Counted from the stretch's first letter, positions 46,001 through 59,420 are shown. The stretch: 64,000 nucleotides of DNA from Iphione sp. A-MEVVRFRX5 (GCA_976226885.1 OZ320319.1:66464001-66528000), one strand, 5' to 3'. Notes: generated by a model from the sequence alone, not told the origin. A program made the numbers and translations.

Positions 46001-48373
46001 TAGGTCTCTCAGGTTGAGCTTGCTTCAACTGAACAATGATTTCCTGTTGTTGGCTTGTCTCTTCAACTGCTGAAAGTACTACTTCTGTGATCTCTTCAGG
46101 TGTCACCTTTTCTTCGACAGCTGTGACCATAGCAGTTGGTCTCTCTGGTTGTGCCTGCTTTAGATCAACAACAATCTCTTGTTGCTGACTCGTCTCCTCA
46201 ACTGTGGCAACCACTTCCTCAGTGATTTCTTCACTTGTAACTTTCTCCTCCACTGCTTGCACCATAGCAGTTGGGCGTTCTGGTGCAGCCTGTTTCAGTT
46301 CAACAACAATTTCATGTTGCTGAGTCGTCTCCTCAACAGTTGAAGCTACCTCTTCAGTGATCTCTTCAGTTGCAACTTTCTCTTCCACGGCAGAAACCAT
46401 GGCTGTGGGCCTTTCAGGTTGGGCTTGTTTAAGCTGAACCACAATCTCCTGTTGATGAGAAGTTTCCTCCACAGTAGAGGCAACCTCTTCAGTACTTTCG
46501 GGTATGATCTTTTCTTCTACTGCCTGTACCATGGCTGTAGGCCTTTCTGGTTCAGCCTGCTTTAACTGAACAATAATCTCCTGCTGTTGTGTTGTTTCCT
46601 CAACAGTTGAAGGCACCTGTTCCGTGATTTCTTCTGTGGTAACCTTCTCTTCTACTGCTGTAACCATAGCAGTTGGTCGGTCAGGTTGGGCCTGCTTCAG
46701 TTCAACAATGATTTCCCGTTGTTGGGTTGTTTCTTCTACTGTAGAAACTACCTCTTCAGTAATCTCTGGGCTAATTCTCTCTTCTGTTGCTACCACCATG
46801 GCTGTTGGCCTTTCATGTTGGGCTTGTCTCAGATCCACAACTATCTCCTGTTGTCGTGGTATTTCCTCAACCACTGACACTGCACTATCTGTGACATCTT
46901 CCATAGCTATCTGCTCTTCCAGGGCTTTGACCATGGTTGCTGGCTGTGCCGGTTTAGCCTGCTTCAGTTGAACAGTTATTTCTTGTTGATGTGTAATTTC
47001 TTCTGGTGCCATTTCAACCTCTTCAAAGACTTCCTCAGGCATGACGGCCTGCTGCATTTGGGCCTGCATTTCCTTCTTGAAACTAATATCAACAACCTTA
47101 GTTTCAATGTGTCTGACCTCTTGTGGTAGGGTCTGAACCGTTTCTGCCTCAGGCACCATTTCCTCTGTTATCTCTTCCTGCTGTATTTCCTGCTGGGAGA
47201 TTGCCTGCTTGGGTATCTGCCATTTCACGTCTGCCATTTGCACAGTCTCCTCCATGAACTCCTCTGTCATTTCAACCTCTTCCTCTTCAACGTGATCCTC
47301 CTGGATCTCTTGGCGCAGCTTCTCCATCTTGGCAATGAAGGCAGACGTCCTTTCAATGAACTCTATCTCATCCTCACTGACGCATTTCTCATGCTCAGAA
47401 AGTTCTGCTTGTGATGCAGATGCCTCCTCAGAGTCTGGCACGTACTCGTAAACGTCAACCTTGAGGTTTCCTGAGGTGATGGCAGTTCCGTATGGGTTGA
47501 CAGCAATGCACTGATACTCGCCATTGTCCTGAGGGAAGACCTCCATAATGTGCAGGATACACTCTCCAGTTTTCTTGTTGTAGGAGCACTGGAAGTCAGG
47601 ATTCTCCTCGACTGGTTGGTCATTTCTGTACCACGTTATCTCCGGCATTGGGTTCCCTGTGACCACACAGCGGAAGGTGACCTCCTCTCCGTCCATGCAG
47701 TTGATGGAAGCCAGCTCAATGACGAATTTAGGTGGTTCACCATCAATCTGAATCTGGAGCATCTGGCGTTTTGTTTCAATAGCCTCAATGCGCCTCTTCT
47801 GCAGGATGGTCAGCTGAGATGTCTCCTTCTTCTCTGGAGCTATCTCTACTTCCATCTTTACACCGCGAAGGGCAGCAAGCTGCTTGAACTCAATAAAGGA
47901 CTTTTCAATCCTCTTCTCTGGCAGCTTGAAGTGCAGTTCCATTTCCTTCATTTTGGCATGGTGGTCAATGGCAACGGTTTCTGAAAAGCGTCGTTGTTTG
48001 TGTACCAGGGGAATGGATAATGTCTGCCTTTGTGTGGCCTGTGCTTCGACCTGCTTCTTCATTTGGGCGAGAGTCATCTTGGATTCAACCACTTTGGGTG
48101 GTTGAATTTCCACATGAAGCTTCATACCCATTGGAAGGGAATCTCTGCGAGTGAAGAATTCAGATCGTTGAGGCTTTCTCTCTGGCAGGGCAAACTGCAA
48201 TCGATACTCTTTGGGCTTACTATGATGATCAATGGACAGTGTTTCACTGAAGCTTCCAGATTTGAAGACTTTCATCACTGGCTGTGTAACCTGTTGAGCC
48301 TTTGTGGTCTTGACAACTTGAACGGTGCGTTTCACAATTTTCTCTGTGTCTTCATCAGAAGATGAGGATGGCA
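43088..48373 (-). CDS. 5286-bp exon: two Ig-I domains flanking a ~45-aa repeat array
   Basis: Ig motifs EPPKFVIEL...DNGEYQCIAVNPYG and APVFELPL...DEGEYAVKAVNEAG; AG at 48375-48374, GTAAGT at 43087; phase 1-1. Confidence 0.9.
44950..47040 (-). repeat. Coding 135-bp (44-46 aa) repeat, ~15 copies, four of them near-identical (EEKVSTEEITEEVASTVEETSKQQEIIVQLGQAQPERTTAMVQAV)
   Basis: tgtcccaactggacaataatttc starts at 45481 and 45616 and continues at 135-bp spacing. Confidence 0.92.
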
Positions 48374-48549
48374 CTATAACGAAAAATTAAATACAAGGTT
48401 ACAATATATCCAATGGTATATAGAAAAGTAAAACTTTTGAGCGCTTATGATCATAAACAGTAACTGATGATGAGGGCCTTTTTACACTCGCTGGTAATTT
48501 TGATATTAAGACCATTTACACACAGCATAATCAATAGGTGGCTACTTAC

Positions 48550-49029
48550 GCTTAACAAAGAGGTGAGCATGTGTGACAGCTGCACCCAATCTGTTTTCCG
48601 CCTTGCACATGTATTCCCCTTCATCCTCTGGAAAGACTTCCGCAATGGTCAGTGTGCTTTCTCCACGGACGTGGTCAATCTTGATCTGGAAATCACGGCT
48701 TGGCTTGACCGGCTGGCTATTGAAGTACCAAGTAATAGACGGCTTAGGTATTCCACGGAACATGACCCTCATGTGGGCACGGTCTCCATCAAAGACCTGT
48801 TGGTCATTTAGAGGCAGTGTGAACCGTGGGGCCTCCAGCCGGTCTGCGGGCATCTCGATGTCAATGACAGCACAAGGCTCTGTCAGCGGTTGTGGTGGCA
48901 CCTCAGGAGCGGCCTCTGGGGCAGCATGGACCCTTGGACCAGACTCGGGTACAATAGGACCCTCTGGCTGGGTTTCTGGTGTAGTTTTGGTTGTCTCAGT
49001 GCGGGTTACAACGACCTTTGTCTTATCAG
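48550..49029 (-). CDS. Titin-like exon, Pro-rich linker plus Ig-I domain
   Basis: APRFTLPL...WYFN...DEGEYMCKAENRLG; AG at 49031-49030, GTAAGT at 48549; 480 bp, phase 1-1. Confidence 0.9.
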
Positions 49030-49277
49030 CTGTAAAGCAATGTGAGAGAACACGTGTTAAATCAAATGGAATGAGGATATATCGATCCCTACAAAGTTCG
49101 TAGAGTTTGAAGCACTTAATAAGGTTCTATATGCCTACATCTCTCTATAATCATACTGCATATTACTGCATCATCAAATCGAAGAGCTAGCCATAACAAG
49201 AATCTACTTTTCCTATCCATAAGCGCGTCAATGTATGAAGCAGATTATGGTTTCCCAAGAAGAAAAACAGAACGCAC

Positions 49278-49495
49278 ATTTAACAACGAGCCTGGTGCGA
49301 CTTGTGGCACTACCCAGCTGGTTCTCGGCCTGGCAGATATATTCTCCTTCATCCTCAGGCTTGGCATCTTTGACGGTCAGGCGGCAGAGACCATAGTCGA
49401 ACTCCAGCGTGATGCGCTCGCTCGGGAAGATCTGCATGCCTGTCTTGTACCAAGTGATCTTTGGCTCAGGCTCCGCGGCAACTAGGCATTCCATA
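49278..49495 (-). CDS. Titin-like exon, C-terminal part of an Ig domain
   Basis: MECLVAAEPEPKITWYK...DEGEYICQAENQLG; 218 bp, phase 2-1; donor GTGCGT. Confidence 0.85.
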
Positions 49496-49788
49496 CTACG
49501 CAGAGAAGGACAGGATAAAAATTAAAATGCGTCTGGGAATTTCCTAGAGACTGATGCTCTTTCTCATCTGAATCTGGATGGAATACTGCGTAATAGTAAC
49601 AAATTAATCCCATGTGTCACACCAAACCAGCTACAATGTAGTGTTTTCTTTGACCTTTTATGATATCAACAGACTCTCAACCAATGAAAATGCATTTTTT
49701 GTGACATCATCGGAAAACTAGGTAAAAGAAAATTACACTGTAACATAGTTTTTGGTACTCGGCAATGGGTCAATTTGGTGTGACTTAC

Positions 49789-49948
49789 ATTGCCGTTGCT
49801 CCCTCATTGACGGTGTACTGTGGTAACATAGCCTCGGTGAACTGGGGGGAAGTCTCAATGACTCGTGTTTCCTGTTCTCCAACCACCGTCACCTTCTCTT
49901 TCTTGACAGACACGGTCTTCTCTGTCACTGTCACCTCGGCATGGGGAG
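49789..49948 (-). CDS. Titin-like exon, linker plus Ig A strand (TSPQFTEAMLPQYTVNEGATA)
   Basis: AG at 49950-49949, GTAAGT at 49788; 160 bp, phase 1-2; absent from the ORF track. Confidence 0.8.
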
Positions 49949-50637
49949 CTTAACAGAATATTGAGGCAGGTAAGTTTCAGGTAACACACGGGGTAAATTC
50001 AGAACGTTATGAAGAAGCAATAAGACATCTGTTAATTTAACAATATAAGCAGCACAGCAGGAAAATAGTTATTTGTGTTATTGCCCGTCATGAGCCCATA
50101 TAGATCATACATAGTGAGTAGTAGTTAAAATGTCAATTATTCACGTTTTTGTGAGTTTGAAAATTTCATGTATGTAATATCATATACAGTGGTTGGAGAG
50201 TGGCCATGCATAAATAAATGTAAAGGATATGAAAACCCATTTTGGGGAAACTGTACAGAAAATGAAAGTAAATGTGGGGAAACATGTAGACGAACAGAAC
50301 TAGAATGTTTGGACAGTAACGGAAACATGATAAACATAAATGGTAAAACGAGGAGGGAACAAACATAAATGTATGGTCGAGGAAACGAGGAAACCCATTT
50401 CTAATACAAACCGATTTGGAAATGAAGAACTAAAATTAAAGAATCGTCGAAGGAAAGAAGATAACCTAAGCCTCTATGTCTAAGATACAAGACCGAGCCT
50501 CTTTCTACCATCCGACATATTGTGTTCCGTATTTACATTGGTGTTTTCTGTGTAGAATTGCTCTTTGTTTTGTTCGTGCAGCAATCTACCAGCGCTAGCT
50601 CTAGTCTACCTAACCTGATGCAGTGCTGTCTACTTAC

Positions 50638-53600
50638 GAACGACTACCAGGTTGGCAGTGCAGGAGGCGCGCCCTCCGCGGTTCCTCGCCTCGCACTTAT
50701 AACTCCCAGCATCAGACAGACGAACATTCAAGATGTCCAGGGAGCAAACCGAACTGGTGGCGTCCACCACTACCCGATGCCTGTCGGAGGGTGGCAGTGT
50801 TTGACCGTCCTTGTACCAGCGTACCTGCGGCCAGGGCGCCCCGTTAAGGCGAGCCTCTAGGTGGCAATGGTCGCCCTCTGTTGTCACGGCCGGCTGAACG
50901 GGTGTAGTGAAGCGCGGCGGCTGGCACACCACACCACGGTCCCTGCTCACCGTGCTCACGTCCAATTGGTCGTCCTGTTGCACTACTGAGGTTGTTTGCT
51001 CCGAGCTCCATTCTGTGCACGGCCAGGCAGGATGGGCGTGGCTGGGCGCCACCACCGTCATAGGCTTCGTCCTGGGAGTCACTACCAAGCTGCTCTCAGT
51101 CGTGGGAGTCAACGCTAGGTCAGATTCAGTCGAGGGAGTCAGCATGACATTGCTTTCAATCCGGGGTGTCATCAACACAGTAGGCTGAGCCCTAGGAGTT
51201 GACACCAGGACCGGCTCGGCCTTTGGAGTCCATACCACACTGGTTTCTGTTCTAGGGGTTATCACCATGTGTGCCACTGGAGCAGGTCCATCGCTGGGTT
51301 CCGTGATAGGAGTCAAATGTACAAATGAACTGACAGCTACGTCGTCGTGGGCCACCGTTTGGGGAGACAGCCCGTCGTCCGGTCGCCCTTCGTCTACCCT
51401 GCCCTCCAGCTCTCCGTATGCTGGGCTCTGAACTGCTTTATCCACAGAAGGGGGGCGTTTAATGCGTCGTTCGTACTTCTTTGATATCCGCCTGATGATG
51501 GTTGTCTCCTCGTCCTCCGTCTCCGTGTAGATCTCTTCGACGTCGGACGTGCGGTCCAGGACTGGTTGTCTTTTGCTGTCTCTCGTCTTCAATGTTGTGT
51601 TAGTCTCTTCCTCGACTTTCCTGGAATATTCTGTCTTTATCTCTTGTTGACTCTCATGCGACGGCCTCATTAGAGTGCGTACTTTCTCTGGTACATGCTC
51701 CACCTCCTCCGTTCTCCGAACAACAGTTTTAGTCTCCTCCTCAGACTGTTTCTTGTCATCGCTTTCTATCTGAGACTCCAGGATAGATGTTTTGGGATGC
51801 CTTGTCATGTGAATAGGAACTACCCTCACCCGATCATCTTGACGCACAGGGATGGGTCTGTAGTCGCTTGGGTGACCCTTCTTGGAGGCCTCCAAACAGA
51901 TGGTCTCTGTGAAGCCCGAAGGAACATCGGTGGTGGTCGTGGTGTACTTTGTCGATGTGAATACTTCCGTATGTATTACCTGGTTCGTGGAGTCTGTTTC
52001 CTCCCTGAGATCATCCCTGAACCGCATTGGTACTAACTGCTGGTCTTCCTGATCCTCCGGTTTCTCTGGTATAGAGTCTACGCTAATTTGGTGCATCATG
52101 GGTGAGATGTCCCTCATAATCACCGTCTCTGGAATACTCCCGTCAGAATCACTCCTCGTTTCGTCCGTGGGAATCCGCGACAGTTTCTTCCTTTTTCGCT
52201 CAGCCCCATCTACTAACTCACCCTCCCATAAGGGCGGGCTCTCTAACGCATCCAGTGCCAGGTCTCTCTTCCGCGATACTTGATCTGGCTGAATAACCTC
52301 CTCCACGACAGCTGAGGGTTCCTCGCCTAAATCATCGACTTCCATTGGAATTTCCCCGTCTGCTACCTCATCAGGAACTGGTATTTGCTCCTTTTCGGTG
52401 CTGGGTGTTTCAAGTACACCAGGCGCCTCCTTAGCTGTGACTACGTCTTTCTGCTCATCCTCACTTCCCACTGTAGTCACATCTTCGGTGCAAATCCTTC
52501 CATCCTCTACGGTCTTCCATTCTGCCTGATCGCCCGCCTCATCAAAGGGAAGATCTTTGTATTCGATTTTCCTTTCGCATCTAGTCTCTATTATTAAGTG
52601 TTCATCAACGGGATATTCACCTGCGTCGCCGACGCGATCCGGAACGTTTTCTTTTGTGCTTGCTTCAGTGGTAATTACTGAAACCTCTATTTGAGGTTCT
52701 TCTCTGAAAACAACCTCCTCTGTGACCGTACCTATCACAGATGGAACGACTTCCTCGGCTGTAGGCAAAACTGCCAGGTGAGGTTCCTCTTTCACCACAC
52801 CAACCTCCATATCTACCCGCTCAGGGCTCTCCCCTTCGGCCGGTTCCTCTTTGGCGTCTTTGAGTTGGGCCTCTTCGAGAACAATGTCCTCTCTCACTTC
52901 CACAATTTCAAACTCTGGAATTAATTCTTGGTGTTCAAGGACAACCTCTGATTCCTGCGACCGAGGCCGAATTTGAACTGGAATGTAGTTGTCTGTGTCT
53001 TCTACCTCAGACTCGGTGTTGTACTCCGAGTCTGTCTGCACCTCGGCATGGGACGTCTTCCTAGCTACACTTCTATAGGACCTGTGCTCTTTAGCTGTGG
53101 TATACACCACCTTTGTCTCGGGTCTTGGGTGGACCAAGACGGTCACGCCATGATCGACCGGCGGCCCGGACAGCGTTTTGGTTTCGATTTTCGTGACAGT
53201 CTGGTGTTCTTCCTTTTGTTCCTTCCTCTCCATCACTTCACTGATGATGACTCCATGAGGGGCCTCCGAAGGAGCGTGTATGGAGAACTGGGCTAGTTCG
53301 ACGACCAGTGACTTGCCAGGCCTCGTGGCTTGATCGGTAACTGGGGGTTGCTGTGATGGTTGTAGTGCTGCACACTCGACGTCGGACTCGGGCTCCTCAA
53401 CAACAGGGCCTTGGGTTCCTGGTACCAGCTTGGTCATGGTTATATGCTCCACCGGTATAGTGACACTACGCATCTCAACGTCCGAGTCGGGCTCTTCAAT
53501 GATGGGTTGACTCACCTGTAAGTAATCCTTACTGGGCTCCTCCAGCACGCTTCCAGTCCGGCTGCTGGCGCGGCTGCTCAGGGCAGGCTCTATGATAACC

Positions 53601-53889
53601 AGCTGGGCTGAGGACTCGGCTCGGCCAACTGGGTTGGTGGCCACGCACTTGAACGTCCCTGTGTCCTCAGCGAAACTTTCCCGTATACATAAATGGCAAA
53701 AGCCCGTCGCTGGGTCGTACGCCGTCTCGTAATAGTGGAACTGATCAACGCACATATCATTCAGGAACCAGGATATTTGGGGCGGAGGGCTAGCGACGAC
53801 TGTGCATGAGAATGTGACCGGCCCGCCTTCTTTCAGAGTGATGGGACGCAGCTGCTCGACGAACATCGGAGGGTAGGTCGTGGTGGGTT
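50638..53889 (-). CDS. 3252-bp exon: Ig domain, long low-complexity insert, Ig domain
   Basis: YPPMFVEQL...DTGTFKCVATNPVG and QPPRFTTPV...DAGSYKCEARNRGG; AG at 53891-53890, GTAAGT at 50637; phase 1-1. Confidence 0.88.
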
Positions 53890-54621
53890 CTGGGTACATG
53901 GGGGATAATACAGAGAAAATAAACAGGTGGAGCCCGTAGTCAGGACGTGGTGAGTATCCTCTACGAAATAAAAAAACAAAGGAAATGAAAAAAAAATTAA
54001 AAAGCCATGCCTCCTTGCTCATCACGCATGCTGTTATCAGATATTCGTAGGCATCCAGTTTGCAGGGACTTTGGTGACAGTCCTCTCCATGTGGTCAGTA
54101 AAGTAGTTGGCTCCATCAATCTTCAGAAGCATACTCGTCTCCAGTGACTGCCAATGTTACTCTCTACGTCTCGCAAAGTTTCGATGCACTTTTGTCTACG
54201 TCCTCGCTTTGGCACGTGCTTGTTTAATGAACTGCAATTTTCTAGCGCCAGATCTACACAAGACAATATTCTACTCTATTCTCCTACTAGACTACCGACA
54301 CAGCAGAAACGAATGAATAAAGGAAAAGCAGCACATAACAACTCTATGGCCCCTTCGTCGACCGATGACAATTGCCATGTGTGTACAAAATGAAAACCAA
54401 ACAAGATATATGTTTTCGTCTGAAAACGAGATAGGCACAAAGAAAGTCTGCCTCTCAGACAAGTCAATCTTGCGTACGTGGATGTAGATGCTTATGAAAT
54501 GTGAGATTTCAGATGTGACATGGAAGAATTAATGAATGTGAATTGAAGGAATGATAATGAATTCGGGAGATTCCAACAGTGCTGATCTTGCTAACTATTT
54601 CCACCCTCTCCTTGGTGCCAA

Positions 54622-54626
<5 letters not shown>

Positions 54627-54686
<60 letters not shown>
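54627..54686. repeat. (CT)30 microsatellite, intronic
   Basis: Direct reading of the sequence. Confidence 0.97.
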
Positions 54687-54689
<3 letters not shown>

Positions 54690-54915
54690 GCACACACACA
54701 CGCATGCATACACACTCTTCTGTCGCCCTCTGTCTGTTTATCTTCGCATTCTCCCCTCAGCTTGGAGAATCAGATTAGCTTGACTGGCCTCAAGGAACGG
54801 AAGCTTAGGGTTCTATATATTTTTCCAGTTAACTTTCTACTACGAAGCTTTACCTTCAGGGAAAAAGAGGTTTTCTATACCATATTTTTTTTCTGCACAG
54901 CGATTTGGTACTTAC

Positions 54916-56235
54916 GCACGATAACGAGATTAGATGTGCTGTTGGCGCGGCTAATGGGATTAGTAGCCTGACATGTGTAGTTACCCTGATCGTCATTTCT
55001 CACATTATCTATCTCCAATGTGCACTCCATGCTCGTCTCGTCAAAGGTGGCCCGCATGCGGTCACTGAGGACCACTTCTTTTCGGTCCTTCAGCCACCTG
55101 ACCACGGGGGTTGGCTTGCCTTTGATTATGCCGGAGAAGACTGCCTGCTCGCCCTCGCGGACCACCTGCGGCTTGGTGGGCTGCTCGAACTGAGCAGGGG
55201 CCAAGTTGGGGTCGGTCAGCACGCCAAAGGATGTCACTCTCTTACTCTTCTCCTCCTCGATCTCTAGCGTCGGCTCAGTTGTCCTTTCCGTTACTGTTTC
55301 ATCTTTCGTTTCTTGCTCGGTGGACATTTCCGACCGGCCTTTCATGATTATCTCTCTAGTCTTTCTATCGCTTTCATCATCTGAGGCCTTGTCCGGCCGT
55401 GGCTCTGCTGATGGACGTTGCGCCTGAGACGGGTCACCCCTAGGACCTGCCTGGTCCATCTGCTGCTGGGTCTGCTGAGTGACTGTGGCAATCTCCACAA
55501 GGACGGGCGTCATGGGGCGGTCAATGATCAGCGTCTGCGAGAATTTCCTCTGGCTTTCACCCTCTTCGGGGTGACGACGCCGTTTAACCCTGTGTTCTCG
55601 AACCCTGGTGATGAGCTCTGTCTTGTGCGCCAGTTCGGTATCAGCGGCGTCTACCGCCACTGGCAGCTGTCTCTCTCTGCCGTCTGCGCCCTCGACGAGA
55701 GCGTCCATGCCATCGAGCAGGACCACCACCTCTCCCGGTGGAAGTTTCTTAGCGGGCAGCTGTAGAGTGACCGAATGCTTACGCTCGGGCGAGGGCGGTG
55801 GCTTCAACATGCCGCGCATGCCCTTGGTCTTGGAGTACTTGGTGCGGCGTGTGTTCTGCTCGTCACTCGTACTGGTCTCACTCGTGCAGGTGTACCCGTT
55901 GGACGGCACCTGTACTACGAGCTGGCAAACCGTCACGTTCTGCCCGATGCCGTTCACTGCCAGGCACTTGAACTGACCCGAATCCTCCGGGAAGCATTCG
56001 GGTAAAACCAGTCTACACACACCCGTCTGGATGTCGTATGTCTTAACAAAGTCGATGTTGTCGTCGACGTTGCGCCCGTTGTGGTACCAGTGGACCTCCG
56101 GGAGGGGGCAACCAGTCACCACACATGTCAGGACTACAGTATCGCCGTCTTTAGCTCGCGTGGACTGCAGCGGCTCCGTGAAATAAGGAGCTTCCAATTT
56201 CTCGACGGTGTAGCCAGTAATTTCAGCTAAGGCGG
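54916..56235 (-). CDS. 1320-bp exon with two Ig-I domains
   Basis: APYFTEPL...DSGQFKCLAVNGIG and APAQFEQP...DQGNYTCQATNPIS; AG at 56237-56236, GTAAGT at 54915; phase 1-1. Confidence 0.9.
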
Positions 56236-58155
56236 CTGCGGAAGAACCAAGTCATAGCACGCTGAGTGCGGGCTTGTCGTCATCTTATTAATAATGGGAC
56301 CACATGCAGTGTGCCAGGACGTGCTGTGCAACCAAAGTTAGTGCACAGTGCTCAGCAAATTTTTTCACTTTTATCCCGTATCAATTTTTCTGCTTTTGGT
56401 CAACATACAGACCCAGCGGTGCTCACAAAACTGTATTTCTTTAAAATGTTCTGGCTAGTTATATAAAAATGTTACAAACTTAATCCTCAAGGTGTCTCCT
56501 TAAATTGCATTGCTTTTTCACTGATGTTTGCCTGTTTTCACTTTCCAAAATTAAAAAAAATAATAATTACTTACGCTAAAATTTGCTCAAATCGCTTGAC
56601 TTTTCTTTATGTGAAATATTACGAATTACTACCCCCTTCCGAAAGGAAGAACTTAACCCTAGGGCGGGTACAACTGGAACTTGCCGACTGAATCATGCAT
56701 GAAGGGTTAACGAAGCGCATTTTTCAGTGACGATTCCATGTAGCTAGCGGTGCGCTATCAGTACTTAAATTACACAGAAGGTCCGTAACGCAGACTCCAG
56801 ACAGTCACGTAGCTGTCAGTCTAGGCATGACACAGGAACTTACATTTAATGTTACTGGAGGTTTCACTACGTCAAGATATTTACCTATTTACTTTTAGGT
56901 GGATGTGGAACGAAAGCTATTGGACACACTTCTCACTTAAAATTCACTGACGATTAATCATTTTTAGTGGAAAACATTAGGTATAAATTTTATATATCCT
57001 TGGTAATCTCTAAGGTGCGCTGTAGGCTTTGGGGATTGTGGAATGCATGATTTATTCTCAAATAAATGCGCATTCATAACAGTATAACAAGACATAGGAC
57101 ACAACACATGAAGGGAGAAGGAGAGGGTGACATTGTAAAATAAACTAAATATCATTATAAATCTTTGCAGTTTAGTCAATGGCCTCAAATTACATGGCAA
57201 ACCTGATTTAAAGAAAGGAGAGATTTATGATTTTATAAAGAAAATGAATATGAAAATGAAACCATGAATGAAATGACAAGCATGGTGAACATTGTTGTAT
57301 ATGACAGATACGGACAACACGGAAAGCACTAGCCTGTCTTTAGACAAACACCTCAATATTTAAACCTTCATCTGTTGTGCCTTTTTTCTCAGCTGCGTGT
57401 GTGAGCATGGCTGTTGTTGAAAGTACACCCAGTTGGAAGAAACCGAGTGAAACTTTCGGTGCAGTGAACAAATAGCTCAACAACAGCTTAGAACAGAACG
57501 TGTCGTTCTATGGCTTCTTCCCTGCTCCGACAGAACGGATCATAAGCAGTATCTCGATCAGGAAGAAACATTAGGAGGAATACTTACTCAACTGCCGAAC
57601 CATTCTCTTGCAGGCAACTTATCATCAATGAGCAAAAGACAAAACAGGCAGTGGGAAGCCAATGAGAAGGAAATGCCAACGTGTACCCTTCGTACAACAG
57701 TGGCCATTTCTACATCAGACTCCCTTAAACTCAAAGAGGAACCAAAGGGAAGAAATGAATCCGAACACAAAACTACGTACACCTTTCCAGATGCGTGCGT
57801 CGACCATGCATAATGGTTCAGACAAGACAACTACAAACTACCATTCAACTGACGAGCACAGTGGAACAATGAGAGGGAATGTATTATCAATTACAGGAGA
57901 GTTATATCATTAAACGTGGAAGTGGTATTTCAACATGAGTGAATACTGTTACTGTTGCCGCACATATAGTATTTATGGATCCAGTTTTGTTGGTTTTGTC
58001 TTTACATCTCAGATGCAGCTCAGCTTTACTAGTGAAAGTGAACATACACAGATGTACATGAATAATACGGGAAATATCAGAACATGACAGGCGCGATATA
58101 AGGGAGAGGTTATGAAGCGGAGTGAAGCTGAAAGTTTGTTGTATGTTATACTTAC

Positions 58156-58941
58156 GGACAACGACGACGTTGGCTGTACAGGTGGCCCGTCCGGCCGTGT
58201 TGGAGGCGCGGCAGGAATAAACTCCTACGTCCTCCTGGGTGGTCTTGCAGACGCGCATTACACACGTCATCGTGTTGGGGTCGAAGGTCATGGTGACGCG
58301 ATCGGACGGCTCCAAAGGCTTCTTGTCCTTGAGCCACTCGACGGTGGGTGTCGGTGCGCCGCTGACAGTGGCGCTGAATTGGCAGTCCTCGCCCTCCTTC
58401 ACAACCTGTGGCTGGATTGGCTTGACGAAGCGCGGTGGCTCCCCGCTCTCCTTCTTGACGATCTTCTTCACCACCTTCACGTCCTTGTGCGTCACCGTCT
58501 CTCCAACCAGAACGTTCTCTCCAGTGATGTCCACCTCCTGTTTGCGAGTCACCTTAGGCTGGCGCTGCGGCTCGGAGACATCCATAGGGACGACAGCTTC
58601 CACGGTGGGCTGTGCCTGAGGTACGACCGGCACCTCAGACTCCTTCTTCTTGATGGACAGCTTACCTGAGCTGACGGCCGTGCCGGACGAGTTCCTCGCC
58701 ACGCACTTGAAGGTGCCCTCGTCATCGGGCAGGCACTCGACGATGACACAGTCGGTGCGGCCCGTCTGCTTGTTGTAGCTGATGACGAAGTCCTCGCTGC
58801 GGTCGATACATTTGTTGTTGTGGAACCACGACACCTGCGGCTGTGGTTTGCCGATGACGGTGGCCGTCAGTGTCACCTCCTCACCATCCGCCGCCGTGCA
58901 GTCCACCAGGTCCACGGTGAACCGGGGAGGCTCGGGGGGTT
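58156..58941 (-). CDS. 786-bp exon with two Ig-I domains
   Basis: PPRFTVDL...DEGTFKCVARNSSG and PPRFVKPI...DVGVYSCRASNTAG; phase 1-1. Confidence 0.92.
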
Positions 58942-59202
58942 CTGTTGATCAAACCAATCGCATCAATAAATTACATATGTACGACCAAACAGGTTTCTTT
59001 CTGATGAATATGAAGAACACTTATCTCTCAGTGAATGTACATGTAATTATAATATAACGGGTGTCTGACTCTTGAGTTCCATTCATGATTATCATCGCCG
59101 TTCAAAGAGCGGTCTTCTTGATAGGACGTCTGCGTGATTGACTGATCAAGATCACCATCTAAAACTCCCACCCCTGAGGGTTGATGCTATGTGAACACTC
59201 AC

Positions 59203-59420
59203 CCATGACGTAGAGCGTGGTGCTGCTGACGGCCTCGCCCAGGTCGGACAGGGCCCGGCACGTGTAGACGCCCGTGTCGGCGCCGATACAGTCGCACACC
59301 TGTAGCACGCTCTTGTTGCCCTCCGTGGTCATGGAGTACTTGGCTGAGGGCCGGATCTCCATACCGTTCACATGCCATGTGATCACTGGTGGCGGATACG
59401 CCTGCACCTGGCATTCCAAC
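59203..59420 (-). CDS. Titin-like exon, C-terminal part of an Ig domain
   Basis: LECQVQAYPPPVITWHVNG...DTGVYTCRALSDLG; 218 bp, phase 2-1. Confidence 0.9.

Noticed and set aside
54627-54710. (CT)30 followed by a CA-rich tract
   Set aside because: A common microsatellite; listed as a feature but not unusual.
50630-58915. ORF-track termini extending into introns (for example MMSKEAWLFNFF..., ...KYNIQQTFSF...)
   Set aside because: These extensions cross clear splice sites and have intron-like composition, so exon limits were set at GT/AG instead.
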